A DNA stretch of 63,970 nucleotides, the filler included, from Dimargaris cristalligena (taxonomy: Eukaryota): the NCBI GenBank assembly GCA_003614675.1. It is 8 parts of 8 records of this genome, joined end to end, with 100 filler letters (N's around TTAATTAATTAA, not from the genome) between each part and the next. Parts side by side here need not be neighbours in the genome. Positions count along the whole stretch, not along the records: positions 32,086 to 39,987 come from ML003376.1; positions 40,088 to 47,984 come from ML003377.1; 6 more parts are not named here. One strand, written 5' to 3'. Made by a program: the position numbers and the translations under genes. Numbering within the stretch: position 1 is the first letter of the stretch; each line of letters opens with the position of its first letter. Of the stretch, positions 34,399 to 47,758 are shown in pieces. A model generated the notes under the pieces. The model searched no databases. It had not been told where the DNA came from and worked only from the letters and a program-made list of their open reading frames with translations.

Positions 34399-37055
34399 TT
34401 AGCGGCGGTTGTTCCACTGTTTCTTGAACAATGGGTGCTGCTCCGCCCCCGCCCCTGACCCACTTCCCATCTTATTATATTCGGCATATGCCATGCGATC
34501 CGCCCCGGACAGCGACTTCATCGACCCGGCCGTCCGCCGCGCCGTATTACTGAAGTCCCCGTTGTTGCGGCGGTTAGCCACCCGGCGATTCAGATCGTCT
34601 TCGTCGGGGGCCAGGTCATCGCCCAGGTTGGCGTCCGTATCGGATGCCAGTAGCACGCTGTTGAGCAGCTCCATTTGCTGGGCGCGGGACCGGTACACCA
34701 ACCCCGGGAATTCGTCCATGCCGTCAAGGCGGGTGATGACTTTGAAGGCGTACCCCTGGTCGATGAGGAATTGCTGGCGTTTGGTAGAGTAGTACATTTC
34801 CTGTGTGTCCTTCGAAACGAGGGAGTAGAAGAAGGCGTTAAACCCCTCGTCGTTACGCCGTTTGGCCCGCAGAATTCGCCCCAGACGCTGGGCCTCTTGG
34901 CGACGTGAGCCGTAATGGGAGGAGACCTGGATGAGGCAGGTGGCCTCGGGCAAATCGATAGAGGTGTCCCCCACCTTGGACAGGAAAATGGTGTTCAAGT
35001 TGGGGTTGTGCTGGAACTGGTGCAGAATCCGCATCCGCTCCTGCTGCGGCGTGCCACCGTAGATGTAGGGCAGCCCCAGTTGTTTCCCGTAGGCGATGAG
35101 GGCATACACGTTATCTGCGAATACAATGATCTTGTCCCCGCGCTGTTCGTGGTAGCGAATCAAATATTGGCAGGCCTGGAACTTGATGGGGTTCATCACG
35201 TACAACAGCATTTTCTTGCGGGAGTTGACTTGCAGGTACTGCTCATAGAACTCGGGTGTCATGTCGCACCACACTTCCGCACACTGCACGGTAGCAATAT
35301 GGCCCTGGCTCGACAAGTCCATCCAATTAGCCTCGTACAATTTGGGTCCAATTAAGAAGTTAAGGTCGTCGATTTTCTCGTCTTCGCGCACCAAGGTGGC
35401 CGTCAGGCCGAGCTTGGCGTGGGCGGCAATGGTGGTGACCACCCGCCGGAACATGTTGGCTGGCACGACGTGCACTTCGTCCAGGAGGAGGAACCCCCAC
35501 TCCCGGCCATGCAGAAAGTCCATCATCTTCTGGGCCTCGTAAGATCGCTTACGGGTATTAGCCACCATACTGTAGGTGGAGATGACGATACCGGCCTCGC
35601 CCGCAAACCGTTCCTTTTGGTCCGAAGTAAACACAGCCACCTGGCGCTCGGGTAGATTGGACCAGTGTAAAAACTGCTGCTTCCACTGCATAACCGACAC
35701 GGATGAGGTGCACAGGCACAGTACTGATTTTTTGATGGTGCAGGCGGCCGTGATGCCGACTAACGTTTTCCCGGCCCCGCACGGCAGGACGATAATGCCC
35801 GACCGGGCGCGGCCATTACCAAACATCTTATTTAAGCTCTTCTCCTGGTAAGGGCGAATGGCGGTAATGGGTTTGAGGTCCATATCCAAATTGGGATTCA
35901 GCTGGTCGTTGCGGAAGTCGTATTCTTCCAACATGGGGTAGTCGAGCTGGTTACAGCGCTTCTTCACCTCTTCGACGCATTCCGACCGGATTTGGAAGGC
36001 ATGGACCCGGTCCCCGTCGTCGTCATCCTCGTCCACCTCCTGTTCGACGGTGACGACGGTGTTAAAGAGATCGTCCTCCACAGCGGTAGGGGCAGCCGTC
36101 TCGGCGCCGGCTTCAGGGTTCTCGTCGCCCCCCAAAATCAGTCTGTCGGGTTGGGACTCGGCAGCCGAACCGGGCTGGGCGGCCGGCTTCTTAAGTCCAG
36201 CAATGGTCAGGTCCTTCCCCGTGGGGGCCTTGGTGTTGATTAGAGAGCCGTTGACCCCAATAGTCTCGGTTGACTCGCCGTATTCAATGAAGCGGCTGTC
36301 TCGAATGACCGAATCCTTAAGCAGGCGCTGTAGGGTTTCCGGGTGGCTCGACTCAACGAAATATTTGTTGTGTTTTAAGACTAATTTCACCTTACCGTAG
36401 GATATGGTACATTGGCGAATGAAATCCTCGATAGGGCGGGGGATAGGTACTTTGGAAAGTCGGTCCAGGACGCTGATGATATTTTCGGTTTCGAGCCCCA
36501 CCGATACAGCGGCGTAGAGTGAGTAGGCCGTTAGTTTATATTCGTGAATGTGAGACGGTCGACTGATGGGCTCTCCGATGGCTGTGAGAAAGTCCTGGGC
36601 CTGGTCTGATATAGGGGAGAAGGCCTCCAGGATAATGACGCCGCTCTCAGGGCAGATCCAAAGAGGACGGGAAGCGTGGTCGCTCTTCAGCTTGAGGTAG
36701 GTGTAGTCGTTGGTGCCAAAAATGTAGGACACGGAGTCCTTTTTCCCTATAGTTGTAACAGGGGCGGCAGAATTCCCGTCTAGTGTAAGGGTTGCATTTT
36801 TGGGCACTAATGAGGAAGAGTTTGAACAAAAACACGATGGAAACAGTCATTAGAGGCGTGGTGAACTGTAAAGCAATATGAGGCAACTGTGACAAAATCG
36901 GGTAGATTAACGGGCCTTTAGTTGTATCCATAACTATACGTGATTTTCTTTATAAAAAAAGTGCTTACACATAGACCAGTCAGCGCCCTCGCCATCGTCG
37001 TCGTCGTCGTTATATTGATAGGTGGTCGGACTATCGGCTAGCCGTGCACGCTTGG
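34399..37055 (-). CDS. SSL2: TFIIH helicase/translocase XPB; exons 36969-37055 and 34399-36806; first exon(s) unresolved
   Basis: [36 protein letters not shown] and [10 protein letters not shown] motifs. Confidence 0.96.
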
Positions 37056-38786
37056 CTAGGTGAGGTGGAAAAGGGAATATGTAATATTAGGTAATATATG
37101 GTATAGGGGAATATCCCAGAACAAGGTGTTAGACCTCGCCGCTTTTATCAAAAGTGACGCTAGAAACTACAACTGCTACGACCAAAATACCTGAGTAGTG
37201 GCATATATCCCAGGAGTAGCCGTATCGTAGCGAAGGAACTCAGATAGCTCAGCTCGTAGGTACTGTGCATCCCAATATTGCCTCATCTTCATGCCCATGT
37301 ATTGCTTCGACTATAACCTACAACTTGGAGAAATCCCCGAAACGAACCCGCTACTAGCTAGTGGTCTTTATAAAACACATGCATATGAAGGCGAAGGAGC
37401 CGCCCGTGCTTGGAAACCTATGGCCAAAATCTCCAAGCCATATAGTTACATTAGACTCAGCAATTACCTTCCTCAGCCGCCAATTCTCCTCTGCGTTTAT
37501 CGACCATGGCGAACTAATGATACTCAAGGCCGGGGACAGGCTAAAGACAAGGGGAAGGAAGGGGTGTGTCGGATTCTTTAATAGAGTGCTGCTAGATGGT
37601 GCGCAGCAGCTAAAGTGCTTGAAATGGAGCACCTGAAGGAAGAGCTTTATAAAAGTGACAACAGTGGAATGAAAGGGACAAGCACGCACAAAAAGTAAAT
37701 GGGAAATAGCATTGAAGAAAAGGCTAATTGGTTGTTTTTTTAAAAAAAATATTAATGAGGTATTAAAAGAGAAGGAGGTTAGTGGGTGGTCGCCATTAAT
37801 AAGCGAAATGTAAGTGTGACCTCTCCTCCCTCCCACAACAGTAAAAGCGCGGAGGACAAGGGAAGGCTTACCATGTGATGTTCCGACCTGCAAATTGGAA
37901 GCTGGGCTAAATAAATAGGCTAAGCATATTTGCACATAGCCAAAAGACCTCACGTAACCCTCCATTTCCTATCACCCACCCATACGCCCAGGCAATGCAA
38001 CTTTCCACAAAACATTATCGTTAATTGATGCCGTCAATGTTTTGTTATTTATTGACGATACTTATTTTGCACAATGGATAGGTCCTCGGTCTATAATAAC
38101 TGAAAAATCGCCATGCATGTGTAAAGAACACGGCATATAATAATTATGGTTGTAAAAAATAGAATCAACTTAATAGGATCGGTTGGTAAAAAGTAATATA
38201 GGGAGAAAGATAGAGAACCAAATTTTTACATGTAATTATTTACATTCTACTTTGGGGAAAGTAATATTGTTACAGGTTTTTTATATTTACCCCCTATTAA
38301 CATAATGAATTTGTAAAAACCAATTCACTCCTCCACCTGAAGGTTGTCCCTTTATGCATCCAAACTTTAAGCCTCCCAATAGTAGGATTGCCCTCCTCCA
38401 CAATTCTCACTGGCCCCTTTCCCAGATGCCAATGTCCCAAGCCAGGCACTGATACATTGGCTATACCTCAGTCCATTTGGGAAAAGCCCACCCCTGCCCT
38501 AAATAGCCCATATCTGCACTTTGGCCCACATAGTCACCAAATATGGCTTCACATTTGTATTGACAGGGCCCAGGGATCTAAGAGGGTTCAGCATGGCCCT
38601 GCTGGATTGTGGAGAACCAGTCCATGATGGTAATGTCAGCCTAAATAACTAGTCCATAGGTGAGTAAGGCTGGGACAGTAACAGTAATAGAGACTGCTCC
38701 ATTGGTAATGTGATATGTAGATACTTTGAGCAAAACATTGTCAGAGGAATATAAATAACTATTACCTAGTTTAACTGCTCTTAGTC

Positions 38787-39313
38787 TGTCAAGAGTCCCA
38801 AGGATAGGCTTCTAATGGTAGGTGAGGCTTAGGCTCAACCAAATGGGCTACTAGTGTCAGGTACAGGGCACAGGTACTAACTAATAAAGGCTAATTACAA
38901 CAATATGTAAGGGGCATGCAGCAAGTACACTTACTAGTCAGTATAAGGGGGAGTGAGTGTATATAGAGTTTATTGGGGGTAAACTAAGGGGGTAAGAATA
39001 AGCTAAGGAATTGAACTGGTCCCAATGGGGGCCTGGTTATATATATGCAGGGATACCTCCAGAGGGAGGTCCCAAGGGAAATGCTACTAAGGCTAAGGAA
39101 TACTAAATAAGCTGACCAGATGGTTATGAGGGTCTGGAAGACTTGGGTGGTAACCAGAAGAGTTGTCAGGTCAGCACCAGAGTAAGTGGTGTGAACCTAA
39201 GAGTCCAGAAGGGGGATGGTTATATTGAATAGGGTAATCCCATAGTACTGGGGGTGACTATGGGAAGTTACATATGGCGCTATATGGCCTAGTCGGGATG
39301 GACGATCACTACA
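38787..39313 (-). repeat. Probable solo LTR, same family as 16215-16730
   Basis: Homologous to the contig-3 copy; minus strand reads TGTAG...TTGACA with internal TATATATA and AATAAA; no clear TSD. Confidence 0.6.
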
Positions 39314-40087
39314 CCTGGATTAAGTCAGATTAGAAGGGCCGATAAGGGGAATAGAAATAATAATATCCCCAGGTTTTACGGTAGTGGGCACTCCATCTGG
39401 ATCTACCATGGTAATTGTACGGGCCATTTCGTCTACTCCAATGACCTGGCCTTTGAACCACTCATCAAAGTTATTAGGAAAGGCATATTCGAAACATTCT
39501 AGCCATCCGTAATTATATTAAGGCCCGGGCCAGCGCGTAGTTTGATATTTATGTGTAAATACTTAGCAATGGTTAATATGGTATTAATACGCTCATTTAT
39601 CTCACCATGTTTAACCAGCCCGATCGAGTATAATGTGTAAATAGAGAAGGGCGGTAAAACTGACTGGGGGGAGGGGGGGGTTGTAGCTGGATAAAGTGGA
39701 TATGTCTTTCGAATGTAATGGCATAATCGGTAATGTGCATAAAAAATTGGAATTTTCTGTCTTACGGTCGATGGATGCGCGCTCCTTAGCACCGGCAATA
39801 TTCTCAAGGAACATGGTGCTTTGTGATACGGCCACGAATTTGATTGGTGAGCGACTGAGTGAGAGGGTGTAGTATTGAACTAAACCGGAAGATTCAGTTG
39901 AAGTGAGTCAAGAGTATTCGATTATTAAAGTAGTGAAGCGAAAGTGCAAGGTTGATAATCAACTTTGTTTTCTACGGGGCGGTGGTGNNNNNNNNNNNNN
40001 NNNNNNNNNNNNNNNNNNNNNNNNNNNNNNNTTAATTAATTAANNNNNNNNNNNNNNNNNNNNNNNNNNNNNNNNNNNNNNNNNNNN

Positions 40088-40090
40088 CCT

Positions 40091-40131
<41 letters not shown>

Positions 40132-40156
40132 TCGTGTTCAATCCACGAAGGGCGCA
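40088..40156 (+). tRNA. tRNA-Phe(GAA), intronless; first ~4 nt cut off by the contig start
   Basis: TAGCTCAGTTGGGAGAGC D-arm; TCAGA-CTGAAGA-TCTGA anticodon arm; GTTCAATCC T-loop. Confidence 0.92.
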
Positions 40157-40842
40157 CTTCTAATTTTATGTTTATTTACTGGATATTTTTATTGTTAACT
40201 AGAGTCAAGCGACTCCTCGTCGATTGTTAATTTCCTTATCCCCAACGGGCCATTATATTGCCCCAATAGGAATGAGACGTTCCCAGGGTACAGTCGTCAA
40301 CATAAATGGAGTTGGGGAATCTCAACATGAGTGGGACCTATGAACACTAGCGATCCCCACACGAACAGTTGATGAAATATAGTATTCCCCACAAAGATGG
40401 CTTACATATTGCTTCCATTTTAAATTAAACGCAGCTCTGTTCAATAATGGCTTGCCACCTAGTGTATTTTTTGACTGTCACATTAGTTAGGGGGTGGGGT
40501 TTGGAGAACTCTCCACTACTTATCGGGTAACTGTGGCTAACATGCATACTTCTCAAATTTTGTCAACTGAGTGTGAAGAGGATGTATTAGGTATACTTAA
40601 ATGGACTTAGCGAGTACAGACCACGCAGAACCGAAGTAAGTTCTTTAGGCAAGATAAGAAAAAAACGGGGGAAGTGATGGGGTTGAATGTTTATGAGTTG
40701 GGCGGGTTAATCGCCCAGGAAGAGAGAAGAAGGGGCGGAGGATAACTAAAAATGATAACGGGAGGGGACTAAAATTAAAGAGGAATATGTCGAGTCTGAG
40801 TGGAAAAGGGCACAGTCCGGATTGAGCGACTTGGGATATGGT

Positions 40843-42189
40843 TTACTCTTCGTGCTCGAGACCTTCTTCGTACTCGCCTTCGTAATCGACCTCTTCGTCG
40901 ACGGTGGCATCCTGGTACTGCTGGTACTCGGACACCAAGTCGTTCATGTTAGATTCGGCCTCAGTGAATTCCATCTCGTCCATACCCTCATCAGTGTACC
41001 AATGCAAGAAAGCCTTACGACGGAACATGGCGGTGAACTGCTCGTTGATGCGCTTGAAGAGTTCCTGGATGGCGGTGCTGTTACCGATGAAAGTGGAGGA
41101 CATGGGCAGACCGGCGGGGGGGATGTCGCACATGGCGGTCTTGACGTTATTGGGGATCCATTCAACGAAGAAGGAGCTGTTCTTGTTCTGGATTTGGACC
41201 ATCTGGTCCTCGACCTCCCGCTGGGAGATCTTACCCCGGTAGATGGCGGTGACGGCCAGGTAGCGGCCGTGGCGGGGGTCGCAGGCGGCCATCATGTTGC
41301 GGGAATCGAACATCTGCTGGGTCAGTTCGGCCACGGTGAGGTTGCGGAAGGACTGGGAGGAGCTAGCGCTCAGGGGAGCGGAACCGATCATGAAGAAGTG
41401 GAGACGGGGGAAGGGCACCAGGTTGACGGCCATCTTGCGGAGGTCAGCGTTGAGCTGACCGGGGAAGCGCAGACAGGTGGTGATACCGCTCATGACGGAA
41501 GTGACGAGCTGGTTGAGGTGGGAGTAAGTGGGGGAACTGATTTTGAGAGTGTTCATGCAGATATCGTACAGGGCCTGGTTGTCGATACAGAAGGTCTCGT
41601 CGGAGTTCTCGACCAGTTGGTGAACGGACAGGGTGGCGTTGTAGGGTTCGACCACGGTGTCGGACACCTTGGGCGAGGGCATGACGGAGAAGGTGGCCAT
41701 CATGCGGTCGGGGTATTCCTCGCGGATCTTGGAGATGAGCAGAGTACCCATACCGGAACCGGTACCACCACCCAGGGAGTGGGTGATCTGGAAACCCTGG
41801 AGGCTGTCGCAGTTCTCGACTTCCTTACGGACAACGTCCAAAACCTGGTCAACCAGCTCGGCACCTTCGGTGTAGTGACCCTTGGCCCAGTTGTTACCGG
41901 CACCGTTCTGGCCGTAGATGAAGTTGTCAGGGCGGAACAGCTTGCCGAGGGGACCGGACTTGACGGCGTCCATGGTACCGCACTCCAAGTCGACCAGGAC
42001 AGCACGGGGCACGTACTTGTTGCCGGCGGCTTCGTTGAAGTAGACGTCCAGACGGGACAGCTGGGTGTCGCTGTTGCCCTCATAGATACCATCGTTGTTC
42101 AGGCCATGCTCAGAGGAGATGGTTTCCCAGAACTTGTTACCGATCTGGTTACCGCACTGACCAGTCTGGAGGTGGACGATTTCTCTCAT
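40843..42189 (-). CDS. Beta-tubulin (intronless, divergent)
   Basis: [24 protein letters not shown] and [11 protein letters not shown] motifs; acidic tail. Confidence 0.97.
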   Translation of the reverse strand: MREIVHLQTGQCGNQIGNKFWETISSEHGLNNDGIYEGNSDTQLSRLDVYFNEAAGNKYVPRAVLVDLECGTMDAVKSGPLGKLFRPDNFIYGQNGAGNNWAKGHYTEGAELVDQVLDVVRKEVENCDSLQGFQITHSLGGGTGSGMGTLLISKIREEYPDRMMATFSVMPSPKVSDTVVEPYNATLSVHQLVENSDETFCIDNQALYDICMNTLKISSPTYSHLNQLVTSVMSGITTCLRFPGQLNADLRKMAVNLVPFPRLHFFMIGSAPLSASSSQSFRNLTVAELTQQMFDSRNMMAACDPRHGRYLAVTAIYRGKISQREVEDQMVQIQNKNSSFFVEWIPNNVKTAMCDIPPAGLPMSSTFIGNSTAIQELFKRINEQFTAMFRRKAFLHWYTDEGMDEMEFTEAESNMNDLVSEYQQYQDATVDEEVDYEGEYEEGLEHEE

Positions 42190-44328
42190 TATGAAGGATG
42201 AAACTTAACTGAAGTGGGGAGGAGGGGGAAGTACGTAAAGTGCAAGTAGCGGAGCTGTTGTGAGGGGAGGGATCGTTAGGGAGGGAAGATGATGAAGGAG
42301 AAGCAAGGGACACCAACAAGGGCAAAGAACAGAAGACGAATAGCCAGTCCAAGCAAGGATAACAGAACAGTAGGATCGAAAGACAAGAAGCAGGCGGCGG
42401 GGGCTCCAGGGAGGGCGGCCTGATATAACGGCGGGGGGACGGTCCATTGATTTGATTTCCCGCTTTTTTCACCCGCCGCTGTCCCCCCTCCACAGCTGCA
42501 CCAATGACTAGGTGGGGTGGTTACTCCTTCCTGCCTCTCCCGATTAGTCCACTCCTCTACTGTGTCCCTCTTATCGCCCTCATTAATCTTCTCCTTTTGT
42601 CCCCAACGATACCTTGGCTTGGGTGCGTCTCCCTGGTCGGCTCTATCAGTGGGCCCCGGGGCGTCGTTACTTGGCAATGGCGCGGGGACTGCGTCGCCGT
42701 GAACCTACAACAACAGCAGCAGTAGCAATAGCAGTCGTCGACATAGTTTTGGGAGGGCACGGTGGCCGTAACCCCCCCCTCTTCCTTCATTACACCTAGA
42801 GAAGGGGGGAGTGGTGATGGTGGTCGTACCACCAATCGGCCAGGGCCAAGCGGAGAGGGGCGGAGCAGCTCCCGCATAAAGCCCCAGGGATGTGATAAAG
42901 GCCCCCCAATGCCACCAATCATCCCTTCCGGTTTGTTTTTCTTTTTAAACGCCCACCGACGATTGGTCGGGGGCATTTGGGGTCACCTGATGGGCCAATG
43001 TCTATGAAGAGGTCAATCTCTCATTGGTATCTCCCACCCTCCCTAAGCAGTGTACCACCACTAGTTCCCGTTAGTCTCTACACTAGCCGCAATGGAGGAC
43101 TTCTCCACTTCAAACCCCGCCGGATCCCAGTCTTCAAATGAAACCTCCTTGGGAGTAAAATAGTGCGTTAATCCTCCTGCATGCCGTGAGCAATGGTGCC
43201 AATGTAAAAATAGTGAACCAGAAACACTCCCCGGAGTGCCGTGACCCACTGTGATTAGTGCGAAAAGGAGTGCCATCGTCAATAGAATCCCATCCCTCTT
43301 CATTTAACCACTGAATTACACCGCAATGTGAATATGTTAACCTGCTAATGATTAAGCCATTCTATACACCACATTTACTAATCAAATTTAGGCCACAAGA
43401 GCTGCTCCCCACCCAGTAAGGTACAGCCTAATCCCAACATGGCCGGTGGTGCCATCCACCCCTCCCCCTTCTATGCTTTATCACAATTAGGGTGGTCAGG
43501 TTGATCGCTGACCCGCAGCATTACTAATCAGGGTGGGTTGTTATCCCCTTCCTCAGTTATAACCAGTGGGACATTCGACTCTTTAGTCCTTTAGGCCAGA
43601 GACAATATCCAAGAGGTACCCTCTATTTGTCTATTAATAGCTGCAGCCAGACCTGCCCACCGGATACCAGCTTCGTTTGGGACCTACACCTCAACCCGAC
43701 TCTCCACCCTTCGGCACATCCACACTAACCTAATCGTACAGCAATTACTCAGCCATACGTGCCTCCTAAAATTTGCCCCTTGAAAACGGCTCACCTCGTG
43801 TACCTGGTTGATAAATTCAGTATGGACAGTACTGCCACGTTGGCCCCCTCCCCCCTTTAAGTCCACCATTTGAGCCCCTGAACCCACCTTTAGTCTACTA
43901 AATCTGCTGAATCGACGTCAGGGTTGAATGTGGTTTTTATTAGCAGTTAACGATCTCGTTCCCTTATCGTGCTTAGGAACACGACCACGTAGACCCGAAA
44001 TCGGGGACAAAGCATAAATCGGTGGATATTCGGTTTGGCCTCCGTCTGGTCCTATACAAACCTTTTACATATAAAAATAATAATAGACATGGGTCGAGTG
44101 TTCCTGGTCAGTAGGATAATTCCATCGGATAAGGGAAATATTATCCGGCTGTAACTATAATTAGTTTATATCACAATTTATCCCGTAGCACGGGTATCCC
44201 TGACCGTTTACCAACCAACTACTCATGTACCAATGACCGAAGGGATACAAAGGTCCACAGTGATCGGAATATTTGATGCAAGGCGCATCTGTGCCACCGG
44301 AAAAGCAGTCACTAGGTCCACGTGTGAA

Positions 44329-47267
44329 TTATTGGGGTGGGGGAAGGTGCGTGCGCTGATGTCGTTGTCGGTGATTTGGGGGTCCGGTCTTACGCGGCTT
44401 ATCCGCCGATTCACCATCTTTAGCTCCCGGACCGGCTGCACGACCCCGCCCTCGACCCCGCCCTTGTCCTCGGCCGGAACCACCGCCACCCCCACCGGTA
44501 CTACCCCTACGACTGGACCCGGATCGACCTTCCCCTCTACCACGTGACGAATCGCCATCCCTCGGCCCGCTCCGCTGAAGGTGATTGTTGGCCCTAGGGT
44601 GGGTGCTTGAGGAGCCAGTTACTTGGCCTTGGGCTGGAACCGGTCTTGGGGCAGGAGACGATGGCCGGGTATCCTGATTACTAGTCGGCTCGGTATCGGA
44701 GGGTTCTGATTCGACCCCTTCGAGTGGGGTCTGGTAAATCTGAGGAATTGGGTCATCGTAGGTATCGTCGTGTTCATCGTCCTCGGCCAGCGTTGCAATG
44801 GCTCGGTCGATGATCCGCTGCTTGTAATCCGTATCCTGGCGCTGGGCACTCAACCAGTCATCACCACCCGTTACGGTGCTAGTTGATTGCACCGGATCGT
44901 CTTGCGCCTTGCGGTACACCCGGTTGGGGTCGGCCACCTGTCCATGCGTGAAAACATCAAATTCGTCATTGTCGAAAATATTCCGCCGGTGAAGCAGCGG
45001 GTCGTCCATATCGTCGTCGCTACTTTCGTCGCCACTATCACTCGTGGAAGCAGCAGGCGCCATGGAAGCGGAAGGGTTGGGTTCCGCGTACCCACCATTG
45101 TTCAATAGAGTAGTTATTTCCTCTCGCGTAATACCTCGCTCCAAATTTGCCAGTACTTCAGGTACCCGGTCTTCCAACAATTGCATAATGACTTCCTCTT
45201 GCTTGTAGCCATTAACAGCTAGGGAAGCCCATATGAAACCATCCCCCAGGTCGGGAAATACACCCCGGATAGCATCGATCGCCATCTGGAGGTCCTTGGT
45301 CTCCATATATTGGGACAGGTCTAGCGCCTGGATAATATCAGAGGAAAGCCGCGGCAATTGGTCGCGTACCGATAACTGATTCTGTTCAAGGGATAGTCCA
45401 GTACGACAAAGATTAATACCAATGGAGAGGGGTATACATAATGGAGTTTGGTTTAGTATATCAATATACACCATGGATGTGTCCGTAATATAGTCCAACC
45501 CTCGAGACAGGGAATAGACCAGTGAATCTAATATATAGTCAATAGTAAATTCGAGAGCGATTTAAGAAGTCGGTGGGTATGTAATCTCAATCCCAGCACT
45601 GGTCATATCCAGCATATTCAGCCTATATTAAACTTACCATTTGGCTATCAAGAACATCCGCTGCTTGGGCCTTTTCCAGCTGGTTGTCAAAAAACATCAG
45701 GGTGTACGTGATGGCTTCAGAGTCTAGTACATGTTAAAATTATTTGGATGGTCATCCCCCCAAAAAGTTGGGCAAAGTAAGCCACAATATAGTATAGAGG
45801 TTAGAATACCTAAACTCTGGAATAGGATTCGCCGGTTTAAACTAGTAATAGAGTCCCTGCCAAACGCAGGCGGTTTTCCTGAGATAAAATATTAAAATAT
45901 CATATTCCCTTACCATTGTTTCGTTGAACTTCCAGCAGCCAGGTGTATAGTTGGAAGCGCTGATTGAGAAGTATCCATAGAGACGGCTGATGACCCGTAG
46001 AGGCCGTTGGCTGACACTCCTGGGTGATTTCGATCAGGGCCATTAAAGAGCGGCTAAGGCGTTCCATCCGACCCGTGGCGAAGTCAGTATCTTCGACGAA
46101 TTGAGTCTGAAGATCGTCCAAAATCACCTGTAGGTTTGCAGGGTCGGCTGACGGTCCACCCCAGAGAGCGACCCAAGCCTCCAGAAAGGGCTCGCGGGGG
46201 AACCCATTTAGCACAATCAGGATGTAAACCAGAGACGCCAACGTCCACGGAAGCACTACACCCAGTAAGCGCTCGAGCGTTTGCCGAGTGGCAGTGGGTA
46301 GATCATTTAGCTGCTGAGACGAGTCCAGCCTCAATGTCCACTCGGTCAACCGGTAGAAAGCCGTTTGTGCTAAACCTAGAAGGGTCTCTTGTTCGGCAAA
46401 CTGGATCCAGGCGGCCCGGGGGTTAGCCCGGAGTAGGATCATGCATCGGGTGAGGCTTCGAATGGCCTGGGCTGTGGCAGCCAGTATCTTGTGCCACTCG
46501 GACTCGGACTCGGACTCGACCATGGGCTGGCCTGAGTCAGGATTCGTTAAATCGGGAAGGGCGCCCATCACTGCCCCGATTTCCCGATCAATATTTGATA
46601 CCATTTCGTGGCCCACCACTCGGAATCCGTGTGCTAGCAGTCGATTGGCGACCCAGCACTGCACGGCAATGTATTGTACTATATCAAAGGGTTTCAGGGC
46701 GGGCATACTCGTCGAGCCCACCGGGGTGGGTGGCCGGGCAAATTGATCGGCCCACCGGGACGAGAACACCAGGCCAAAGTGGTTCAGGGGGCCCGCGTTA
46801 AACCAGCCCATCTCGTGGGCCAACTTACCCAGCTGGGTTTGACCCTGGGCCGAAACCCTGGGTCCGGCCCCAATTGAACCGACGCCTCCCAGTAGGGAGG
46901 AGTAAATGCGCAGGACATAGTAGCTCATATGGCCCCAGGTGGAATGGTTAAGCGTGGGCAGGTTCAACAGTGACGTCCAACCGGCGGCGGATTCGGCATC
47001 ACCCAGGTGCAGGTCGTAACCCACAACGTACTGCGCTAATTCCTCGAGTAGAAATGGCACTCCATCGAGAGCTAATCGGTCGTTGGCCGTCAAGCCGTCG
47101 TTCTTGGCGCTGCGGAGGTAGGCCTCAAGAACCACGACAAGTTCCTCGGGACTCCGGCGGGCCACTGATTCCAGGCGCTTGGACCACGAGGCTACTAAGG
47201 CCGGACTGGTGTCCTTAAACAGGTCTCGAAAGGGAAGGAGTGGGTTGTTTTGTTTCTTGCCTACCAT
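44329..47267 (-). CDS. CUE-domain protein, ASCC2/Cue3-like; exons 45914-47267, 45638-45723 and 44329-45381
   Basis: CUE domain (VFPDLGDGFI...VIMQLLE), RRNIFDNDEFD and DDEHDDTYDD motifs, RG-rich tail; GT-AG introns. Confidence 0.75.
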
Positions 47268-47676
47268 GATGGAAGTGTGTCCGACAATACAAATGTAGGG
47301 TCCCAGTTTTCAGTGAAATGGGTGATTTACTGAACTGGAATTGGGCGGTTTAGCTACCGGTCGAAAGAGCTACGATGAAGGAAAATCCAATTCAATGTGA
47401 TTAACTATACAATTATAGAATAGTAGGTGTACAGGTTATGTTTGAATTCAACAACCGGGATTCTCTTCTCAAAAAGACTGCGGATTTGTATATCGTCAGC
47501 TGCTTCGTCATCCCTATAATATTATAGTCCGCAGTAAATAACTTAGCATAAAGAAACAATGCCCAACAAGGGACATTTGTTACAATTGTAAAGTAGTATT
47601 ATAATTTTGTGCGTGGCAAACGAAGTAGTCCCTCAAAAAAGCTACCAATAAAATATAGTTCCAGGCAAAAGAAAAA

Positions 47677-47758
47677 CGACAACAGCAGGATTTGAACCTG
47701 CGCGGGCGGAGCCCATATGATTTCTAGTCATACCCATTAACCACTCTGGCATATTGTC
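47677..47758 (-). tRNA. tRNA-Ser(AGA)
   Basis: GACAATA/TGTTGTC acceptor stem; TATGA-CTAGAAA-TCATA anticodon arm; long variable arm; GGTTCAAATCC; downstream T-run. Confidence 0.9.

Noticed and set aside
40822-42201. 459-aa plus-strand ORF
   Set aside because: Antisense shadow of beta-tubulin
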